Assembly: GCA_040755995.1 (NCBI GenBank)
Contig: JBFMAF010000003.1
Span: 94,210 to 158,209, forward strand
Length of the DNA stretch: 64,000 nt
Direction: 5' to 3'
Origin: Acidobacteriota bacterium
GTDB taxonomy: Bacteria; Acidobacteriota; CAIWXX01
The notes beneath the pieces were generated by a model. The model did not search any database. It had not been told where the DNA came from and was given only the letters and a program-made list of their open reading frames with translations. A program made the position numbers and the translations under genes. This document shows positions 9,126 to 19,175 of the stretch, in pieces; the first letter of the stretch is position 1, and every line of letters begins with the position of its first letter.

Positions 9126-10397
9126 TCACTGGAGGCTCAGCTCGATGCTGGACCCTGCCGTCAGGAAGCGGTACTCCATCGTGCCGCCGGAGGCCAGGGC
9201 CAAGTTGCTCACCAGATCTTCCACCTTCGCCATATGGTCCTTGTTTGTCTGCTTGTCGCTTGCCGCGGAACTCGAGTTGAACCAGAAGGTGAACGGCTGG
9301 GGCGCCGCGGCCAGACGGGCGCGGGCGATCAGGTCCACTACGGCGAGGTCGGGGTTGTTGTGGGCGCCGTTGCCGCAGAAGATGTAGTGGTCGGCGGTGA
9401 CCTTGTTGCAGAAATCCTCGTGGATGTTGTGCTCGGAGCCGTGGTGCTGGACCTTCAGAACGTCCACGTGCAAACGGCCGCCTTCCAGGCGGCCCTCCAG
9501 TCCCTTCAAGATGTCGTCTGCGTGGCCGTCTCCCGTGAGCAGCACCTTCCTCCCATCCTCTTCGACCAGAAGCATCAGCGAGGCGAGGTTCGGGGTGGTC
9601 ACGTTCTTTCGATCGCCTAGTTCATTGGCCAGCGCCACAGCCGGCACGATCAGGCGGTCTATGGCGTTCGCGTGCAGACGCTCCTCGTCCTCGCGGGCCC
9701 GGCGGGCGATCTCCAGCAGCGCCTTGCGATTGTCGTCGAGCCACTCGTTCCACTCCTGACGCAGCTTGTCGAGATCCTCCTCGAACGGCCCCACCACCGT
9801 GATGCTCATCTGACCCACCGTGACCGGTTGCTGCGCAGGCCGCGCCATCGCGAGCTTCCCGCCAAATGCCCGGTTGAGCGGGATGCCGAGCTGGGCATCT
9901 CCGACCCGCCGCGAGAGCTGAATCGCCTCCTTCGTGCTCGTGACCAGCTCGGCGTACCCAGCCGCGCCGAGCTTGATCTCCTCGTCGTCGGAAGCCGAGA
10001 GCACCGAGGCGATCGCGGCCAGCATGTCCGAGATCGGCCCTGCGTTCTCACCGACAAGCTCGTGGAAGGCATTGTGCCAGATCTCGCGTACATCGGGCGG
10101 CGCCGGGCTGTTGGGAGGCGCCGGGTTGGGCGGATCATTCCTCTGGACCCGGTAGCTGTGGACGCGCCACGCCACCGTGTCATCCATCAGCTGCAGTATC
10201 CCGGAAATGTGATCCGAGTCGATATGCGAAACATACACAAGGTCCAGCGGCGCTCCACCAGTTGCCCCGCGCAGCACGGGCGCCACGTGTTGCGAAAACG
10301 ATGAACGCATGCCGCCGTCTACCAGCAGGTAGGTCGGTCCTTTACCCTCGATCAACAGGCAGTCGCCCTTGTCGGATTGGAAAACGGTGAGCTTCAT
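9126..10397 (-). CDS. Cytoplasmic MBL-fold metallo-hydrolase (ComEC/Avs1a-like motif set)
   Basis: Likely start MKLTVFQSDKGDCLL; LVDGG, SHIDSDH, LLTGDG, KVQHHGS motifs. The start overlaps the S8 stop (ATGA, 10394-10397). Confidence 0.9.
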   Translation of the reverse strand: MKLTVFQSDKGDCLLIEGKGPTYLLVDGGMRSSFSQHVAPVLRGATGGAPLDLVYVSHIDSDHISGILQLMDDTVAWRVHSYRVQRNDPPNPAPPNSPAPPDVREIWHNAFHELVGENAGPISDMLAAIASVLSASDDEEIKLGAAGYAELVTSTKEAIQLSRRVGDAQLGIPLNRAFGGKLAMARPAQQPVTVGQMSITVVGPFEEDLDKLRQEWNEWLDDNRKALLEIARRAREDEERLHANAIDRLIVPAVALANELGDRKNVTTPNLASLMLLVEEDGRKVLLTGDGHADDILKGLEGRLEGGRLHVDVLKVQHHGSEHNIHEDFCNKVTADHYIFCGNGAHNNPDLAVVDLIARARLAAAPQPFTFWFNSSSAASDKQTNKDHMAKVEDLVSNLALASGGTMEYRFLTAGSSIELSLQ

Positions 10398-12442
10398 CGC
10401 GTTATGTCCTTTCGCGTGCCGACCTCGGCTGCCTCGGCAAGGCAGGCCTCCGGGTCTATCCGGCCGAAACCGGCGTCGTTGGCCCACTGGAAATCGGCCC
10501 CCGGGAGCGGCCGGGCCGTACGGTGGATGATGCCCTCGATCTGCGCGGCCGTCAGCTTGGGCTCGACGGCAAGCATCAGCCCAACTACGCCCGCTACGAA
10601 CGGGCTCGCCATGCTCGTCCCCGTCATCTTCACCCAAGGATCGCCGGGCGCGCCGAAACCCTTCGCCGCCACGATATCGGTGCCCGGAGCGGCCACATCC
10701 GGCTTGCACCTCCCGTCGCGCGTCGGCCCCTGGCTCGAAGTGATGTTCACCCTCTCGGCCGCTTCATCGAGATTGGCCACCGAGATCACGCGATGGCCGC
10801 AAGCGAGCGAGCTGACGGAGGAGTTGTCGACGTTGGACTGCTCGGAGAAGAACGACGGGAAGCTCCAGGCCTGCCTCGGACCCACCCGGCCCACCCGGCG
10901 TGGGTCGTCTCGTTCGATCCAGCCGTGGAAATGCCCGTCGCGGACGTCGAGGCCGTGCAGGCGGACGGTCCACTGTCCTGCCGGGATGCCGACGACAGCT
11001 CCGTCGCGCAGCAGAGGGCTCAGGTAGACGGAGACCCAGTTGGCGCCGTTGGCCGGATGGTAGAGCTCGTTGTAGATGGAAAGGAAGCTGCCGTCGGCGA
11101 GCTGCCGGTTCTCGACATACTGTCGCGGATCGATCGGCCCGATCCAGTCGCCGCCCGGCGGCCTCACGGACACCGCGAATCGGTCCTGCGGGCTGTACCA
11201 GATCTCCAGCTCATTCTCCGAGATGTCCAGCACACCGTTGCCCGCCACCAGCCACTCGATGTCGGTCACGAGGCCGCGCGCCGCGATCTTGCCGGAGGTG
11301 TGGATCCGGCCCATGACATAGCCGATGTCGCCCTCGAACGCCGCCACATCCTGCCCCGCGTTTCCAGCCGCGACACAGACGCTGCGTCCCGGAACGGTGA
11401 GCGCAGCGTCGATCCAGCGGCTCACAGCGGCGCTTGCGTCGTGGGCGTGGCCGTTGGTCCCAAGACTGACGTTGATCGACAGGGGCACATGCATCTCGTC
11501 GGCAAGCCCGATGAGATAGTCCACCGCGTGAGCTATGCGCGTTGAGTCGTAGAACGACACGCGCCGGTCCAGGTCGGCCTCGGGGAGTGAGATGAGGACC
11601 CCCGCCAGCATCGCCTTCGGGCAGAGCCCGGAGTTGCCGGCAGCGATGCTGGCGACATGGGTGCCGTGCGAGGCCTCGGCCATCTGCGACTGCCGCTCCA
11701 GCTCTTGCGCCGGGACGCGAACGCTCGGCGCGGCCGCGATGGCTTCATTGAGGTGCTTCTGGAGGAGCTCAGCTCCGTAGTTGAACGGCGGCCCTGTGGT
11801 TGGGCTCGGGCGGGCGTCGCCGCCCTGGTCCCAGATCCGCACCCATCGAGTCGTGCCGTCGGGATTGAGGAAGTCCGGGTGAGCGAAGTCGAACCCCTGG
11901 ACGTCGATGACGCCGATGAGCACTCCTTCTCCGCCACGGTGCTTCGCGACCGGTGCCCACCGGCGCCGCTCCGCCGGAGCCGTCGCCGTCGCTTCGTTCG
12001 AAATGATCGGAGTCGGCGCCGCAAGGGACTGCCCTAGCTCGATGTACGCGACGTCGGGGCGGGCGGCGAGCCTCCGGAGGTCGGCGAGGGAGACGGTCGC
12101 AGTAGTCAGATCGCCGCGCCGGGCAGTCTCGCCGGGGAGCGGTCGCACCCGCCGCGCGCGGTCCAGCGTATGCACGAACACGTTCGCAAGGACATCGTCA
12201 GGGGTGTGATCGAGCGTCCGGCGAGCCACGTCCACTGTCGCGGGCACCTCGGATTTCGTGAGGGCCACGGCCAGCTCGCCCCGCTGGGCTGCGACCTTCC
12301 GCAGCAGAGGGCTTTTCGGCGCAGCAAGCGCCGACGCGTGCTCGGCCCGCAGCACGTTGACCTCAGAGCTGCCGTTAGCAAACATACGGAGCTTGGGTTG
12401 GATCTTCAGCGACTGTCTCGCCGTTGCTTTCGTCTGTATCAT
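10394..12442 (-). CDS. S8 subtilisin-like serine protease with an N-terminal prodomain and an inserted domain; no signal peptide
   Basis: Catalytic triad IGVID, SHGTHVASIAAG, GTSMASP; also AAGNAG and KPDVAAPG; GGGAGG RBS. Confidence 0.95.
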   Translation of the reverse strand: MIQTKATARQSLKIQPKLRMFANGSSEVNVLRAEHASALAAPKSPLLRKVAAQRGELAVALTKSEVPATVDVARRTLDHTPDDVLANVFVHTLDRARRVRPLPGETARRGDLTTATVSLADLRRLAARPDVAYIELGQSLAAPTPIISNEATATAPAERRRWAPVAKHRGGEGVLIGVIDVQGFDFAHPDFLNPDGTTRWVRIWDQGGDARPSPTTGPPFNYGAELLQKHLNEAIAAAPSVRVPAQELERQSQMAEASHGTHVASIAAGNSGLCPKAMLAGVLISLPEADLDRRVSFYDSTRIAHAVDYLIGLADEMHVPLSINVSLGTNGHAHDASAAVSRWIDAALTVPGRSVCVAAGNAGQDVAAFEGDIGYVMGRIHTSGKIAARGLVTDIEWLVAGNGVLDISENELEIWYSPQDRFAVSVRPPGGDWIGPIDPRQYVENRQLADGSFLSIYNELYHPANGANWVSVYLSPLLRDGAVVGIPAGQWTVRLHGLDVRDGHFHGWIERDDPRRVGRVGPRQAWSFPSFFSEQSNVDNSSVSSLACGHRVISVANLDEAAERVNITSSQGPTRDGRCKPDVAAPGTDIVAAKGFGAPGDPWVKMTGTSMASPFVAGVVGLMLAVEPKLTAAQIEGIIHRTARPLPGADFQWANDAGFGRIDPEACLAEAAEVGTRKDITR

Positions 12443-12678
12443 GGCTGCCTCCCGGTCCTGGTCGCACGCCCGGGATGGAATACGTGGACCCGGAATTCTG
12501 CGATGGCCCCCCGTTGGTATGCCTCATGAGCGCGCTGCGGCGTCCTGCGACGGACGGTGTGAGGGGGAGCCGCGGAAACGGAGCCCGGACTGATCGCCGC
12601 GTGTCCATCTCTCTCCGTCATCGCCCCCCGTCTGTTCACTGCCTTGAATGGCAGGCTGCGCATTCTGGTGTCCGACTG

Positions 12679-13242
12679 CTAGCTGTTGCGGCGGCGCCTG
12701 AGCATCGAAATCCTGTAGTAGACCGTGCCCTCCGGGACGCCGATGCGGCGGGCTACAGCGCGAACCGTCTCGCCCGCGACCAGCATCTCGCGGGCGCAGT
12801 CGGCGCCGGGGCCGAAGATCTCGCCAATGGCATTCAGAATCGCCTGGCGGGGCGAGCAAGGCTCGGGTGTCCCTGCCAGGCCGGGTGGGGCGGTTCCAAA
12901 CGCGGCGCTCGACCGGCGCAAGCGCAACCTCATCTCGCCGATCGACTGCCGATCGAGTGTGCCCCTGATCCAGGCAGTAGGGTGCTGGATCTGGTGCCCC
13001 TTGAGAACGGCCAACGCGAATGCCTCCTGCACAATGTCCTCTGCATCCTGCCAGCTCACTCGAAAACGCCTGTACACGGCCGTCACGAATCGTCTCCTGT
13101 ACCGCCTGTAACAGTGGTCCAGCTGTTCCGGCGAACACGGGCCCGCCATCGGCGGCAACCCACCTCCGCTCGGGCCGCAATGGGCGTCCGAGGACACCGG
13201 CGGCGGACTGATACCCCCTCCGTGAGATGCTCCCATTGCCAT
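12679..13242 (-). CDS. ECF-type RNA polymerase sigma factor-like protein
   Basis: Region 2 DAEDIVQEAF...AWI; region 4 HTH GETVRAVARRIGVPEGTVYYRI. Start is uncertain. Confidence 0.75.
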   Translation of the reverse strand: MAMGASHGGGISPPPVSSDAHCGPSGGGLPPMAGPCSPEQLDHCYRRYRRRFVTAVYRRFRVSWQDAEDIVQEAFALAVLKGHQIQHPTAWIRGTLDRQSIGEMRLRLRRSSAAFGTAPPGLAGTPEPCSPRQAILNAIGEIFGPGADCAREMLVAGETVRAVARRIGVPEGTVYYRISMLRRRRNS

Positions 13243-13597
13243 GCCCTCAATCTCCCCTTCTGATTTGGTCCCAGCCATCCCACACCCCCTGCGTGCGAAA
13301 CAACCCTCTGCCTAAGGAGGATTTGGGGAAAAGGCCGTATCTTGCGTCTGGGAATGAAAAAATCTTCGAAAAAAAACGTGATTGGGCAGCAGCCGATCTT
13401 CGCTGAACCGCCGGGTCAGCACCACGGGGCCAGACGAAGCCATAGGCTCGCACCGAGCCGCCGGCGGCTTGGCCGCGCGCTACTGGGCGGTGCGCGCGCG
13501 TCGCACCGTCAATCGCGGGTCAGGAACGGCACTCCATGACGCGGGGAAAAGCAGCTGCGGCAAGCCAGACCGAGGCCTGCAAGTGTCGCCTCGGCCC

Positions 13598-14008
13598 CTA
13601 CCCCTTCCTTGGGCGCTTCTCCGTGCGGCTCGACCTCGTCGACCGCGATGTGTGGGTTGCAACGATCACCCAACGCCTCCCAGTGCGCTTCCATACCCGA
13701 GTGAATCTGTAGCAGCCGGATATCGATCTACCGCCGACCTTGCCATCCACCTCTGAACGCCCGGTGACGACGGCACCGCCGCGCAGGAGGATGATCCTGT
13801 CCACCTCGACATCCAGCTTGGTGAGGCAGAAGTCAACGCGGGTGAAGTCGCTGAGTGCGTGCTCCCGGCCCCAGACTTCTCCGTCGCCGCTTGTGAAGAC
13901 GTATTCCCGCGCGAGGAGCCGCGACAGGGTCGGAAGGTCGCGCGACCGCATGGCCGACAGCAGCTCTCGCTCCTGTACCAGCAGCGCCCGCGCGTCTACG
14001 GTAACCAC
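13598..14008 (-). CDS. NTF2-like / DUF4440 protein
   Basis: RDLPTLSRLLAREYVFTSGDG...GAVVTGR...YRFTRVWKR...WVIVATH pattern; GTG start after a GGCGGA RBS-like site. Confidence 0.8.
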   Translation of the reverse strand: MVTVDARALLVQERELLSAMRSRDLPTLSRLLAREYVFTSGDGEVWGREHALSDFTRVDFCLTKLDVEVDRIILLRGGAVVTGRSEVDGKVGGRSISGCYRFTRVWKRTGRRWVIVATHTSRSTRSSRTEKRPRKG

Positions 14009-14070
14009 TCCGCCTACTGCCCGCGTCCTCTCAAGGTCGCAGGAATCACTCTGCCGGCGACGGCGTGCGG

Positions 14071-14589
14071 TCACCGGGCCTTCACCCCGTACTTGCTCAG
14101 GTCGCGATCCGGCGTCCAGAATGTGCCGTCCGGGAGCCGTGTGGTCGGGTCCAACCTGGCGCAGTCGAGACTGGCGCCTGCGATGTTCGCGCCGAGCATG
14201 TCGGCACCCTCCAGTCGCGCACCATGCAGGTTGGCGTCCTGCATCCGGGCTCCACGCAGGCCGGCCCTCCGCAGGTTGCTCCACCGCAGGTCCGCGCCGC
14301 GCAGATCCGCCTGGTCAAATGCGACACCCTGAAGATCTGCAGCCCTCAGGTTCGTCTTCTCCAACGCGGCTCCAATGCCGCCGTCGCTCCGCAGCTTCTC
14401 GACCAGCTTCACCTTCTGCCGCTCTTCCTCCCTGATCGATCCCGACCGTGACATGTCCTTATCGAAGCATGCGTGGCAAATCCCCCAGTAGATGTCCATC
14501 TCTGAACCGTAGACGTGGCTCTCGCAGCAAGGACGGCCGCAGTCACGGCAGGAATCCCGGGCGGGTTCCCCACAGATGTGGCATCGCAT
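14071..14589 (-). CDS. Pentapeptide-repeat protein with an N-terminal Cys/His zinc finger
   Basis: CHIC..CRDC..CCESH..CHAC followed by ADLRG/ANLHG-type pentapeptide repeats and PDG tail. Confidence 0.85.
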   Translation of the reverse strand: MRCHICGEPARDSCRDCGRPCCESHVYGSEMDIYWGICHACFDKDMSRSGSIREEERQKVKLVEKLRSDGGIGAALEKTNLRAADLQGVAFDQADLRGADLRWSNLRRAGLRGARMQDANLHGARLEGADMLGANIAGASLDCARLDPTTRLPDGTFWTPDRDLSKYGVKAR

Positions 14590-14775
14590 CAGGATGAGTC
14601 TCGCCGAAAAGCGCCGGTGGGTCAAATGCCTGCGCCCCTGCGCAAGCGTCAACGTTGGACCAGCGATCGGGCGATCGGTTGCCATCCTTGACTGGCCCAC
14701 CGAAGAGTCCTACTCTGGACATGTGCATGCGGGAGAACGAGGAGCTTGGGCTGCGACCGCCCGCAAGCCGAACAT

Positions 14776-16368
14776 ATGATGTTGACCAACGGCCTGAATC
14801 GATCGACCGTTCGCTATCCCGACGACACTACCGCGCACGCCCTGTTCGAGGCTCAGGCGGCGCGCACGCCGGATTCCACAGCCGTAGTATGCGGCGATGA
14901 GCGGTTTACTTACCGGGAACTCGACGAGCGCGCGAACCGCGTGGCTCACGCGATTCGCGCTATGTATGCCAAGCTTGCGGGCAGGCCGTTCTCGGCCGAC
15001 ACGCTGGTCGGGCTATGCATGAGCCGGCGGGCCGACCTGATCACAGGCATGCTGGCGATCTTGAAGGCCGGGGGCGCCTTCGTTCCACTTGACCCCGCAT
15101 ATCCGGAGCGCCGTCTGAAGTACATGATGGATGACGCAGGGGCCCCTATCGTCGTGAGCGAGCATGGCTGCCTGGAACAGCTTCTGTTCCTCAACCGGGG
15201 CGAGTACGGAGTGATTTCGATCGACGGCGGGTGGCCGGCGATCCAAAGGCATTCGGCCAAGATCCCCGCGCCTCTGAGCTCGGCGCGCAGCCTGGCCTAT
15301 CTCATGTACACGTCGGGATCGACCGGGCGGCCGAAGGGAGCCCTGATCGAGCACCGAGGGATGGTGAACTGCGTTCTCAACGAGGCCCGCGTGCGGGGCT
15401 TCGGGCCGCAGAGCCGCTGCCTGCAGTCCTCCTCGATCGCATTCGACGCGGCAGTCCTGGAGATCTGGCCTGCTCTGCTCTCGGGGTCGGAGCTGCACCT
15501 GGTGCAAGAAGACGTGCGGAGGGACAGCATCGAGCTGATTCGGTACATGTCGGATCGAGGAATCACGCACGCGTTCTTCACGCCCGCGCTGTTGCGCGCC
15601 CTGCCGCGCGCAGACCTCCCGTCGCTGCGTTCGCTGGTCGTGGCCGGCGACGTCTGCGACGCGGACACGATGGGCTACTGGAGCCGCGGGAGGGCACTGT
15701 ACAACGCGTATGGGCCCACGGAGACCACTGTGGCGGCCACGATGTGCCAGTACGGCGAGGGCAAGCTGGCCACGGAAATCGGCGGCCCGATTGCGAACGT
15801 CGCGCTCTACGTGCTGGACCAATACCGGAATCCGACGCCGGTCGGCGTGCCCGGGGAGCTCTACATCGGAGGCGACGGCGTCACGCGCGGGTATCACAAC
15901 TGGCCCGAGCTGACGGCCGAGCGGTTCCTCGAGAATCCATTCGCGACGGATGAGGACCGGGCACAACGTCGCAACCTCCGCATGTATCGGACCGGCGATC
16001 GCGTGCGGTGGCTTTCGAACGGCTCGCTCGAGTTTCTCGGGCGCGTCGACTGCCAGGTCAAGATCCGCGGGTTTCGCATCGAGCCGGGCGAGATCGAAGC
16101 GGCGCTCGCTGCTCATCCCGAGGTCCGCAGCTGCGCAGTCATGCCGTACGGCGACGGCGCCGACCGGCGTCTCGCTGCGTATTTCGTGCCTGTCGCCGGC
16201 GCCGCGGTCACGGCGGACTCGATCACGGCGCACCTCCGTTTGACCCTGCCCGAGTACATGATTCCATCGGCGTTCGTCGAGCTGGAGGCGCTTCCGTTGT
16301 CGCCGAGCGGCAAGGTGGATCGCAATGCCCTTCCGGCGCCGAGGCAGGCCGCTGCGGGCGGTATCTGA
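14776..16368 (+). CDS. Stand-alone NRPS-type adenylation domain (no carrier domain)
   Basis: Core motifs TYRELDERAN, LKAGGAFVPLDP, YTSGSTGRPKG, FDAAV, NAYGPTE, GELYIGG, YRTGD, GRVDCQVKIRGFRIE, SGKVDR; the ORF ends shortly after A10. Confidence 0.93.
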   Translation: MMLTNGLNRSTVRYPDDTTAHALFEAQAARTPDSTAVVCGDERFTYRELDERANRVAHAIRAMYAKLAGRPFSADTLVGLCMSRRADLITGMLAILKAGGAFVPLDPAYPERRLKYMMDDAGAPIVVSEHGCLEQLLFLNRGEYGVISIDGGWPAIQRHSAKIPAPLSSARSLAYLMYTSGSTGRPKGALIEHRGMVNCVLNEARVRGFGPQSRCLQSSSIAFDAAVLEIWPALLSGSELHLVQEDVRRDSIELIRYMSDRGITHAFFTPALLRALPRADLPSLRSLVVAGDVCDADTMGYWSRGRALYNAYGPTETTVAATMCQYGEGKLATEIGGPIANVALYVLDQYRNPTPVGVPGELYIGGDGVTRGYHNWPELTAERFLENPFATDEDRAQRRNLRMYRTGDRVRWLSNGSLEFLGRVDCQVKIRGFRIEPGEIEAALAAHPEVRSCAVMPYGDGADRRLAAYFVPVAGAAVTADSITAHLRLTLPEYMIPSAFVELEALPLSPSGKVDRNALPAPRQAAAGGI

Positions 16369-16504
16369 GCACTGCGGGCATCTCTGGAGGTGGGCGCCGC
16401 TGCCTTGCTCCGGCCTTCGGGTGGTCAGCCCGGACTCGACACCGAACGTCGATCACGCTACGATGTGTGCCTTCGGGTAGCAGTACTTGGAGACGGAGGG
16501 ACTC

Positions 16505-17893
16505 GTGAAACGTAAGGCCGCTGTTCTGCTGGCGCTCGTGGTTGCGTCTCTTCTGCAGGGGCAGGGCGTTGCCCGCGCATGTACCACCATCATCGTCGGC
16601 AAGGACCGTACCGCCGACCATTCGGTCCTGATCGCTCACAACGAGGATGATGAGGGCACCGTCGTCACGCACTGCGACGTTCACCCGTCTCGGAAGGGTG
16701 GGGCTTACCAGCTCTTCAGCACCGGCAGTGTGGCCGAGCCGAACGAGACAGTCGCGTACATGGGCCCGTCGGTCTATGACAAGGCCTACATTCCCGGCGA
16801 CTACTTCGGTGGGGTCAATGCATACCAGGTCGCCGCGTACAACAATCAGGCCCCTGGCAAGTTGGGCACTCTGGACACCCGGGGCGGCGTGATGTGGACT
16901 GAGTTCAACGAGCTCGCCATGATGCAGGCGAAGACGGCGAGGGAAGCCGTGCAGATAATGGGCCGGCTCAACGAGAGCCATGGCCTGACATCGGATCCCG
17001 GCACCTCGTTCGGTGTGGCCGATCCCGACGAAGGCTGGTGGATCGAGATCGCCCCTGGCGGCCAGTGGGCGGCGCAACGCGTACCAGACAACGCAGCGCA
17101 GGTCATCGCCAACTGCTACCGGATCGGCGTGATCGACTTCAAGGATCACGAGAACTTCATGTGGTCATCGAACGTGGCCGGCTACGCGCAGTCGATGGGC
17201 TGGTACGATCCGGCCAGCGGCCCCTTCAACTTCGCGCAGGCCTACGGCCTGGAATCCAGCCTGGCGGGCCCGTACAACGTGGTGCGGCACGCCATGGTCC
17301 AGCGATACCTCGACGCGCTTCCCAAGATCACGCCCCGTGATCTCATGTCGATCATGCGCTCGCACTACGAAGGAAGCGAGTACGATGTGAGCGCCCGCCA
17401 GCCGGAGAAGTTCCCGCACCACAGCACGGTACGGACGGTTTGCACCGACAGCACGCAGGCGAGCTTCGTCACTCAGCTGCGCGGCTGGCTGCCGGCTCCC
17501 ATCGGCGCCGTGGTCTGGGTGTCGCAGCGCAGCCCGTGCAGCAGCGTCTTCGTGCCGTGGTACGGCGGGGTCAGCGGCTTCCCGGCGCCGTACTCGACCG
17601 GCACAGACACTGTCCGGGAGGGCTCGGCCTGGTGGGCGTTCGAGGATCTGGCCGGGTATGTGGACGCCCACTACTCCGACACGAACGCCAGCGTGAAGGC
17701 AGGGTTTGCATCGCTCGAGCAAAGCGAGCTCGCAGAGCAGTCGACGATCGACGCCGTCGCACTCATTCTATGGAAGCAGAATCGGGGTCTGGCGACGTGG
17801 TGGATCACCAAGGCGAGCGGCGACTACGGCATGTTGGCGTACGGTCTGGCCCGATCATTGCTGGCGCAGGTCAGCCAGCCCGCACCGCGCTGA
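16505..17893 (+). CDS. Secreted C69 family dipeptidase (Ntn hydrolase)
   Basis: Signal peptide followed by CTTIIVGK N-terminal Cys nucleophile, IAHNED, AKTAREAV, WAAQRVPD, SVFVPWY. Confidence 0.92.
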   Translation: MKRKAAVLLALVVASLLQGQGVARACTTIIVGKDRTADHSVLIAHNEDDEGTVVTHCDVHPSRKGGAYQLFSTGSVAEPNETVAYMGPSVYDKAYIPGDYFGGVNAYQVAAYNNQAPGKLGTLDTRGGVMWTEFNELAMMQAKTAREAVQIMGRLNESHGLTSDPGTSFGVADPDEGWWIEIAPGGQWAAQRVPDNAAQVIANCYRIGVIDFKDHENFMWSSNVAGYAQSMGWYDPASGPFNFAQAYGLESSLAGPYNVVRHAMVQRYLDALPKITPRDLMSIMRSHYEGSEYDVSARQPEKFPHHSTVRTVCTDSTQASFVTQLRGWLPAPIGAVVWVSQRSPCSSVFVPWYGGVSGFPAPYSTGTDTVREGSAWWAFEDLAGYVDAHYSDTNASVKAGFASLEQSELAEQSTIDAVALILWKQNRGLATWWITKASGDYGMLAYGLARSLLAQVSQPAPR

Positions 17894-18095
17894 GCCTCCC
17901 GGCTCCGGCGGCGGAACGCGGCGCGAGTTCCGGCAGCCGCGAGGATTGCGCGCGCCCGCACTCCTCACTCCTCCCGACCGCCGCTTGTCCGGACCTGATC
18001 GGCGCCCGCCCGGCATGGCCCCCGCGCGAGGCCCACCGGAACCCCACGCGCATACAGCACGACCCATGTCGCGCTGATCAAGAGCCGGACCCCGC

Positions 18096-19061
18096 TCACA
18101 CTTCGACGATCAGTCCGTCGTAGGCGAGCAGGACCTCCAGGGTGGAAGAGGATTCGTGGATGGCAAGGTACCGGCGCGTGTCTTCGAAGAAGGCATCGAG
18201 CGCCCAATCGTCGCTGGTAGGTTCGTTGTGGTAGAGACAGAGCCGTTTCACACCGGCACGCACTGCCAGCTCGACCCCAACCAGATTGCTCGAATGTCCC
18301 CAATCCTCCTTCGTGTGAATCGCTTCCTTGAGGTTGTACTGGGCGTCATAGATCAACAGGTCTGCGTTTCTGAAGAATTCCACGAACGGGTATTCTTCAT
18401 CGTCCACCTCGCTCTTATGTTCACAGTCGGTCGAATAGACGATCTTCTTCCCTTCTTTTTCGAAGCTGTATCCGTATGATGCGCCGGGGTGGTTCTGCTT
18501 GATTCCCCGCACGGTGAAACCGGCGATCCGGCATTCGCGTTCCAGATCGAGGACCGTAAACCGGATGTCGGCCTTCATCGACTTGAGAGGAACGGGGAAG
18601 TGAGGTGCATCCTGCTGAGTCGTGAGAGCTTCCTGCAACTCATCGTGGAATCCGTAGACGTGTATTCGGTAGCCCGGAATGTACGCAGGCACGAAGAATG
18701 GAAATCCCTGGATATGGTCCCAATGAAGATGCGACAGGAATATGTGGAAAATCTCCTGGCGTTCCCCTGCCCGGTGAGCTGCTGACCTGACGACATGCTG
18801 ACCCAGGTCTCTCAGCCCGGCACCGGCGTCGCAGATGATGTGTTCATCTTGATTCTCGATCTCGACGCATGAAGTGTTGCATCCATAGCTTCCGGCTACG
18901 GAAAATGGCAGCTCAGCATCCACAAATTCCTCGATTGACTCATGTTGCCGCAGTCCGTTCTTCTGAAACTCTCTGATCGCAGCCACTATCTTCCTGCGGA
19001 CGTGTTCGTGCGTCACGGTCGATGGAAGCGAACCTCGCGTCCCCCAGAAACGAACTCGCAT
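18096..19061 (-). CDS. MBL-fold metallo-hydrolase (phosphodiesterase/RNase Z-like)
   Basis: MRVRFWGTRGS, NTSC, DAG, SHLHWDHIQG, HPG, TDCEH, DAQY, WGHS, HNEP. Confidence 0.92.
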   Translation of the reverse strand: MRVRFWGTRGSLPSTVTHEHVRRKIVAAIREFQKNGLRQHESIEEFVDAELPFSVAGSYGCNTSCVEIENQDEHIICDAGAGLRDLGQHVVRSAAHRAGERQEIFHIFLSHLHWDHIQGFPFFVPAYIPGYRIHVYGFHDELQEALTTQQDAPHFPVPLKSMKADIRFTVLDLERECRIAGFTVRGIKQNHPGASYGYSFEKEGKKIVYSTDCEHKSEVDDEEYPFVEFFRNADLLIYDAQYNLKEAIHTKEDWGHSSNLVGVELAVRAGVKRLCLYHNEPTSDDWALDAFFEDTRRYLAIHESSSTLEVLLAYDGLIVEV

Positions 19062-19175
19062 CAATCCTTCTGCCAGGCGACGGTTGTAGCCCAACCCGGT
19101 TTCAACAAGCTATATACCATACTAGAGCGGCCGAACGATTCTCAACCGGGTCCGTCCGGAAGTCCGGAAGATGCC

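Noticed and set aside
10398..10709. N-terminal extension of the 527-aa MBL ORF
   Set aside because: It overlaps the S8 gene in another frame; the MBL motifs begin at the ATG at 10397.
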